From positions 6,044 to 70,043 of the forward strand of contig CAXRIX010000080.1 in NCBI GenBank assembly GCA_964230555.1: a stretch of 64,000 bases of DNA, read 5' to 3'. The position numbers and the translations under genes were made by a program. Shown here piece after piece: positions 58,684 to 64,000 of the stretch. The stretch is from Bdellovibrionales bacterium. GTDB taxonomy: Bacteria > Bdellovibrionota > Bdellovibrionia > Bdellovibrionales > JAGQZY01. The notes below the pieces were generated by a model that did no database searches, was not told the DNA's origin, and saw nothing but the letters and a program-made list of their open reading frames with translations. Position 1 is the stretch's first letter. The number at the start of each line of letters is the position of its first letter.

Positions 58684-59817
58684 TCAGGATTGAGAGGAGT
58701 TCTCCTGCAAAGGGGGGCGATTTTGGCTTTGCGAGATGATCGGGCTACTTTCAACATTACAGGTTCGCAGACAGCGAAGCAGCTTCTGATCAGCGTCATC
58801 CCAACTGTCGACCAGCTGAGAGGCAAACCAAGGGTGATTGAGAATTTCATTCCAGGAATGATGGCGCAACGAATTGAAATCCCAGCCATATTTCTCAAAA
58901 ATTTTATGGGTGTCTTTTTGGAACTTTCCACTATTGGGATAAAGATCTGAACTTAAAAAACAACAAGGCAAAACACTGGCATAGGCATTGACGTATATTC
59001 GCTGAAACTCAGTTTTATTTAAACAACGTATATGGGTTTTTTTGACCTGAGCCGTGCGCTCTCCAGAATCAATTTTTTTGAGAACCGTGTTTTTATTTTT
59101 GTTTTTCATTTCCTCTTGAGTGGGAGGCTCTAAATAATATTCAATTTCACCTTGTCTATTTTGCACACGATATTTGTCAGGCCCATCGGGACTATAAGAA
59201 AAGCGAGAGGTCTTTCGGATACGAAATTGTTTAAATCCCATTTTTTTGGCCAAAATTTCGGCCTCTTCTACCTGGTGCTCATTGTGTTTAAAAACCAAGA
59301 AATCCCAACGAGCCAACCCTCCAGCTGCAATAAAGGCCTCGGCATTTTCCATTATTTTTGCAAAATTGGTGCGTCGACGATAGAGCGCATTGGTGTCTTC
59401 TAAACCATCGACACTAAAAATCCCGAGATCGTTCTTTCGATAGTATCCATGGTCCCGCTGGTCGCTTAATAGTTTTCCCAAATCCGCCCACCAAGTTTTT
59501 GATCGAGCCGAGCCGTTAGAGTAAAACTCGATGGTGGCTTTAGTCTGCTGCTTCACCGTTTCGACCAATGGTAATGCATTGGAATGAGCAATCGGATCTC
59601 CATGGGTTCCACAAAACAAAACGTTTTTTAAATTTTTAAAGCGTGGGTCAAAAACTTTTTGCGCCTCCTCCAAACTCCATTCATCGAATTTCATTCCCGG
59701 CATATCTTGACCACCAAAAACATTACGAGCACACATTGGGCAGGCAGCATTACATCGGTTTGAAATCTCCGCATGAATTTCGTTTAAAGATTCAAAGTTC
59801 TGAAAATTTGAATTCAT
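58684..59817 (-). CDS. radical SAM protein, C-terminal twitch domain
   Basis: CNAACPMC, CGTHGDP, FSVDGLEDTN; C..LPCC..CLRTC. Confidence 0.9.
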   Translation of the reverse strand: MNSNFQNFESLNEIHAEISNRCNAACPMCARNVFGGQDMPGMKFDEWSLEEAQKVFDPRFKNLKNVLFCGTHGDPIAHSNALPLVETVKQQTKATIEFYSNGSARSKTWWADLGKLLSDQRDHGYYRKNDLGIFSVDGLEDTNALYRRRTNFAKIMENAEAFIAAGGLARWDFLVFKHNEHQVEEAEILAKKMGFKQFRIRKTSRFSYSPDGPDKYRVQNRQGEIEYYLEPPTQEEMKNKNKNTVLKKIDSGERTAQVKKTHIRCLNKTEFQRIYVNAYASVLPCCFLSSDLYPNSGKFQKDTHKIFEKYGWDFNSLRHHSWNEILNHPWFASQLVDSWDDADQKLLRCLRTCNVESSPIISQSQNRPPLQENSSQS

Positions 59818-60404
59818 TTCCGCACTCCCCCATTCAATTGAATTGGGTCCAAGCTAATCTCATTAATGTTAATCTCCGTCGGTTGATCTAAAATCCATTG
59901 GATCATTTTCGCTAAATATTGCACATTTATTTTTTCAACGCCCGGATGTTTTTCTTCAGCCTTTGGAGTCTGCAAATAGCCGGGACTAAGATACGTGACA
60001 CGAAGCCCCGACGGCTCCTGGCCATGGCCTCCCAGGGCCTCCATACTTAGATTTCGACAGTATGCTTTAAGTGCTTTTTTCTCGATCGGGTATAGCCAGC
60101 CGTGTCCTTTGACTGGGGTATCCGCTGAACTTCCAAGGCAAAGGATTTGCCCTGTCTTTGAGTGCTCTCGCCAAGCTTGATAAATTTTCTCTAAAAGCAA
60201 TGTTTGCCGAAACTGAGAAAGACAACTGCAACTGATGTAAACATCATACTCCAGGCTTAACTTCGCAACTTCGACTTGGTCATCATGTCTTTTAAGGTCT
60301 GTTCCGGAGGTCGAGCGACTTATGAAAGTTGCCTCTGGAAAAGCTTCTGCCAATGCTTTAGCCAGCCCATAATCTTTATTCCCGGTGATCAACACTCTCT
60401 TCAT
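59814..60404 (-). CDS. short-chain dehydrogenase/reductase (compact SDR)
   Basis: VLITGNKDYGLA Rossmann-like start, GSS, YPIEK (YxxxK), SPG. Confidence 0.8.
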   Translation of the reverse strand: MKRVLITGNKDYGLAKALAEAFPEATFISRSTSGTDLKRHDDQVEVAKLSLEYDVYISCSCLSQFRQTLLLEKIYQAWREHSKTGQILCLGSSADTPVKGHGWLYPIEKKALKAYCRNLSMEALGGHGQEPSGLRVTYLSPGYLQTPKAEEKHPGVEKINVQYLAKMIQWILDQPTEININEISLDPIQLNGGVRK

Positions 60405-60704
60405 ATTTAAAGAGGATTCCATAAAATCAGGAAAAAAGCGAATCCACCGGCATCTTGGCCTACAGAGTCGCACTTGCAAATTTGCAGACTCTTCTTGCCA
60501 ATTTTGAGGTCATAGAGTTGATATTGTACTGGGAGGTCTGGCCTCACGGCTCCATCACGGGTTGTAGAAGAATGGCTCCCGAGACATTGTCCTTTAGTCA
60601 AAAAAAGGGAATCCATGGGATCTGGGCGCCGCAAGTCGGGCCAGACCACACTGTGTAAGAACGCCGACAAATTACTTTATCTTAATCACCAGAGTTGGGC
60701 GATT

Positions 60705-62156
60705 TTATTTCATCAATTCGTAGGTTCGAGGCGAAACGGATTTTAAAGAAACGCCATGGATGGCATCCAACTTCTCTGTATAATCCCAAAACTTTGATTT
60801 TTGATCTGAAGTGTCTTTAGAAAACATAATGTTAACATAGTTATCTAATACATTCTGAAATCTTAAGACCAACCGGTCGGTCTCATCCGAGCTCCCAGAA
60901 CCCACCCGCTCCATCTTTTCAATCTCTGCCGCTATCTTCTGTTTTTGGTCGGCAAAAATTTCTTTTATTTTGTGTTTGCTTGCCTCTGGAAAAGTTGTAA
61001 TTGCAAGAAACGTCGGGTGTGTGAGTGGATGTGGCGTAAAAATCTCACGACCGAGGTTGGATTGATTGATGCGCTCAAAATCGTTTTTAATTATCCAATG
61101 CATCGTTTCGGGCAAATGTAGAAAGTTATATATTTGCACAGTACAAGCCCACCAAAGCTTAAAGTAACCTTCTGCCCCATCAAGCACTCTTAGGTTGTGT
61201 TCAATCTTAGCCCATTGACTACCGCTGCGAATATAGTCGTTGATCGGTCCGATTCCGTCTATGCTCATTCCAATTTCTACCTTGCGAAACTGACTCCATA
61301 TTCTTAAAATTTTCGGAGTTAAGGCAGTAATATTGCTGTTGTATTCAAGTGTGATGTTCTTCGCGTAACCCAGCTTTATGCATTGTTCGAGAAAATCAAA
61401 CTGAGCGTCGATAAGAAGGGGCTCTCCCCCCGCTAAGTATATTCTTTGCAAACGTGGTAGGTATTTTTCCAGCTCCAACCAAAACTTTTCTGACGCGTAC
61501 CATTGATAGGGATTCACCTCGAGCCCGTATTGTCCTTTTTCGTTTTGAACGATTTTTAATTTTCGCTGGCCGTCTTTAAAGGTGGTCGTTCCATCCCAAA
61601 CTTTTGGTGTTAATTCATACCACTTGTCACTTTCGGTAGGACCACACATTCGACACTTTAAATTACATTTATTTCCAAACCTTAAATCTAAATAGCGCAA
61701 TGGAAAAAGCTGTTCCTGTACAGTACCGTCTTCTTCTGTATGGCGGCGGAAAAGATCAATATTATGTTCCGCCCAACTTAACTTTTCAGACTGTCGACGA
61801 CTTTGAATTCCTGCATCTTCCTCCCGATAACATCGATCACACCCCGAAGGTCTTTCACCATTGAGCATGGCTAAGCGCACTTGTTTTAAGAGTGGTGCGT
61901 TTTTTCCCGCGGCTAATGCATTATCTTTCAAATTCAAACATTTCCCGCTTTCGTCTCGTAAAAGTCCCTGCTCTGGAGACGACTGGGCATGACAACAGTA
62001 TCGAAGATCGCCCACACTACGCACTCCCATTCCAAGCCATGGCATCGGACACCACGTGTCACGTTTGACTTCAGGAAAGACCGGAATCGAATTTTTAAAA
62101 TCACCCTTTAGAGACTTCCTCAGTGTGTTTAAGGGTTTTAAAGCTTTTCTAAGCAT
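60705..62156 (-). CDS. radical SAM protein, N-terminal twitch-like domain
   Basis: WCPMPW..YCC..CDRC, then CNLKCRMC and AGGEPL; AGGAG SD. Confidence 0.9.
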   Translation of the reverse strand: MLRKALKPLNTLRKSLKGDFKNSIPVFPEVKRDTWCPMPWLGMGVRSVGDLRYCCHAQSSPEQGLLRDESGKCLNLKDNALAAGKNAPLLKQVRLAMLNGERPSGCDRCYREEDAGIQSRRQSEKLSWAEHNIDLFRRHTEEDGTVQEQLFPLRYLDLRFGNKCNLKCRMCGPTESDKWYELTPKVWDGTTTFKDGQRKLKIVQNEKGQYGLEVNPYQWYASEKFWLELEKYLPRLQRIYLAGGEPLLIDAQFDFLEQCIKLGYAKNITLEYNSNITALTPKILRIWSQFRKVEIGMSIDGIGPINDYIRSGSQWAKIEHNLRVLDGAEGYFKLWWACTVQIYNFLHLPETMHWIIKNDFERINQSNLGREIFTPHPLTHPTFLAITTFPEASKHKIKEIFADQKQKIAAEIEKMERVGSGSSDETDRLVLRFQNVLDNYVNIMFSKDTSDQKSKFWDYTEKLDAIHGVSLKSVSPRTYELMK

Positions 62157-62170
62157 GGTACTTTCTCCTC

Positions 62171-63244
62171 ATGTACATGAGTTTGGGGGACATTTGCGAG
62201 GTTCAAATAGATCATACGGGTCGCTGTAACCTTCAATGCCCTCAATGCGCACGAACTTCAAACAATTGGTCCCAGTTGCCAGAAAATAAAGGCCTCGATC
62301 TCTCTGTTGACGACTATAAAATAATTCTGGAACCCTTTGAAGAGAATAAATTAAAAATCTTCCACTGTGGGAATTATGGAGACGCACTCGCCAGCCCTAC
62401 TTTTGACGAGACATTTGATTACAGTCTTTCCAAAAACCCTCGGCAAATTGTTATTGTCACAAATGGTTCTCTGCGCTCTCCGTCCTGGTGGTCCGAATTG
62501 GCTCGAAAGGGTCAACAAAAATTGAAAGTGGCTTTCTCAATTGATGGCTTAAGTGACACCAATGCCATCTATCGAATTGGAAGCAACTACGAAAAAATAA
62601 TGAAAAACGTAAAGGCCTTTATTGATGCCGGCGGACGGGCGCGCTGGGATTTCATCGAATTTAAACACAATTATCACCAAATTGAAGAGGCACGAAAAAT
62701 CGCTTCAGCAATGGGCTTCGAAGAATTCAACATTAAATACACCGCTCGATTTGCCTCTCAAGGTACGACCTTTGTAAATAAGAAAAATCAGGAGCGGGTC
62801 GAAGATTTAAAAACCAACAAGAATCAACAAGACCATAAACAGATTGTTCGAACCTACGGATCCTTTGACGAGTATGTAGAGAAAACCAATATTTCCTGCA
62901 AATCTATGAAGAATAAGAATGTATTCATTGATATGCATATGCGACTGTGGCCTTGTTGTTGGTTTGGGGCTCCCATGTATTTTCAAAAAGTAAGCGAACA
63001 AACGAAAAGTTTCGATCACTTCTTAAATCTTTACGGCAAAGACTTTAATAATCTACGGGTTCATGGATGGAAAGTTCTTGAACACGAGTTCTATCAAACT
63101 CACCTCGAAAGCTCATGGAATTCACCAACCGATAAGTACAAGCGTATTTACACATGCGGACGAACCTGTGGAGATAAGTTTGAATTCAGTTCTGGCTACG
63201 GTCAGAATAGGAACGTTAAGACTATAAAAACGGCGGAGGCCTAA
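62171..63244 (+). CDS. radical SAM protein, C-terminal twitch domain
   Basis: CNLQCPQC, CGNYGD, FSIDGLSDTN; C..WPCC..CGRTC. Confidence 0.9.
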   Translation: MYMSLGDICEVQIDHTGRCNLQCPQCARTSNNWSQLPENKGLDLSVDDYKIILEPFEENKLKIFHCGNYGDALASPTFDETFDYSLSKNPRQIVIVTNGSLRSPSWWSELARKGQQKLKVAFSIDGLSDTNAIYRIGSNYEKIMKNVKAFIDAGGRARWDFIEFKHNYHQIEEARKIASAMGFEEFNIKYTARFASQGTTFVNKKNQERVEDLKTNKNQQDHKQIVRTYGSFDEYVEKTNISCKSMKNKNVFIDMHMRLWPCCWFGAPMYFQKVSEQTKSFDHFLNLYGKDFNNLRVHGWKVLEHEFYQTHLESSWNSPTDKYKRIYTCGRTCGDKFEFSSGYGQNRNVKTIKTAEA

Positions 63245-63245
63245 G

Positions 63246-64000
63246 TTGGAAAAAGTTGATATCGTGTTTTTAACCTTACCTCGTCTTGAACTGCGCAGCC
63301 CAATCACAGCACCCGCCATCTTAAAAGCACAAGTTGAAAAACATGGTTTTAAAGCCAAATGTATCGATCTCAATTTAAAATTGTGGCATGCACTCGACTC
63401 TTCCGAATTTGGACATATGTGGTTTGATACAGATCTGACCTTCAGACACAAAGAAAAGTTTCAAGAGTTTTGGGAGAGCACTCTCAAAGACCATGCCTTT
63501 CAATGGGTCGATGAAATAGCTCAAATCAATCCAGAGTGGGTGGGAATTACCGTCTTTAGCCAACGTAGCAAATGGATCACCATCAGAATGTGCCACCTGC
63601 TAAAAGAGAAATTACCAAATATTAAGATTGTCACCGGTGGCTCTTACTCGGAACGCGTAAGCCCAAATCTTTTTAAAGAAAAAATAATTGATGCCTATGT
63701 CGTAGGAGAGGGTGAAGAACCAATTCTAAATGTGCTGAAAGGAGACTTTGATCAACCGGGTATCAATGGTCGCCCCGCTCAACAGATTGCCAATCTAGAT
63801 GATATACCCATCCCTGATTATAGTGACTTTGATTTTTCTCAATATCCAAAGCAATGGTCCGACCCGCGAATTAAAAATAAGGATAAGCTTGGAACCGAAT
63901 TCATTTATATAACTGGCTCACGAGGCTGTGTTCGCAAATGCGACTTTTGTGATGTACAGAGCTTGTGGCCCAAATTCCGCTTTCGCTCAGGACAAAATAT
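63246..64000 (+). CDS. B12-binding-domain radical SAM protein (partial, runs off the window end)
   Basis: own translation from TTG 63246 behind a GGAGG SD: ..APAILKA..DLN..VGITVFS..VTGG..GEGE..IPDYSDF..GSRGCVRKCDFC..FRFRS; not listed in the ORF track. Confidence 0.88.
   Translation, partial: MEKVDIVFLTLPRLELRSPITAPAILKAQVEKHGFKAKCIDLNLKLWHALDSSEFGHMWFDTDLTFRHKEKFQEFWESTLKDHAFQWVDEIAQINPEWVGITVFSQRSKWITIRMCHLLKEKLPNIKIVTGGSYSERVSPNLFKEKIIDAYVVGEGEEPILNVLKGDFDQPGINGRPAQQIANLDDIPIPDYSDFDFSQYPKQWSDPRIKNKDKLGTEFIYITGSRGCVRKCDFCDVQSLWPKFRFRSGQN

Noticed and set aside
39110-64000. Prophage or integrative element starting at tRNA-Ser
   Set aside because: No integrase, structural or replication genes and no duplicated tRNA 3' end found in the window; flotillin and DUF1501 genes look cellular.

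Overview
Bacterial chromosomal window, most likely from a predatory Bdellovibrionota (inferred from TIGR02147-like HTH genes, Gly/Cys-rich secreted proteins, sigma28-type promoters, and an xseA-xseB-ispA-tlyA cluster lacking dxs). The first ~39 kb is mostly housekeeping: mreB, a sensor kinase, glpD, pepP, tlyA/ispA/xseAB, 6S RNA, PBP1A, uvrA, an MsbA-like exporter, a sigma54 activator, an amgK-murU-anmK peptidoglycan-recycling operon, rmuC, a Tat-exported intradiol dioxygenase with LysR, gmhA and three tRNAs (Asn, Arg, Ser). Accessory content begins after tRNA-Ser: orphan secreted proteins bracketed by a 26-bp direct repeat, an HTTM/radical-SAM module, NfeD-flotillin, and a heme-c/DUF1501 lipoprotein operon. 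The most striking feature runs from ~53 kb to the window end: a dense cluster of six auxiliary-cluster (twitch-type) radical SAM enzymes plus a B12-binding radical SAM, a glycosyltransferase-like protein, a methyltransferase-like protein and an SDR, with unknown product. A palindrome GTCTCA-N3-TGAGAC recurs in intergenic regions. All family assignments come from motif recognition by eye; no database searches were run.
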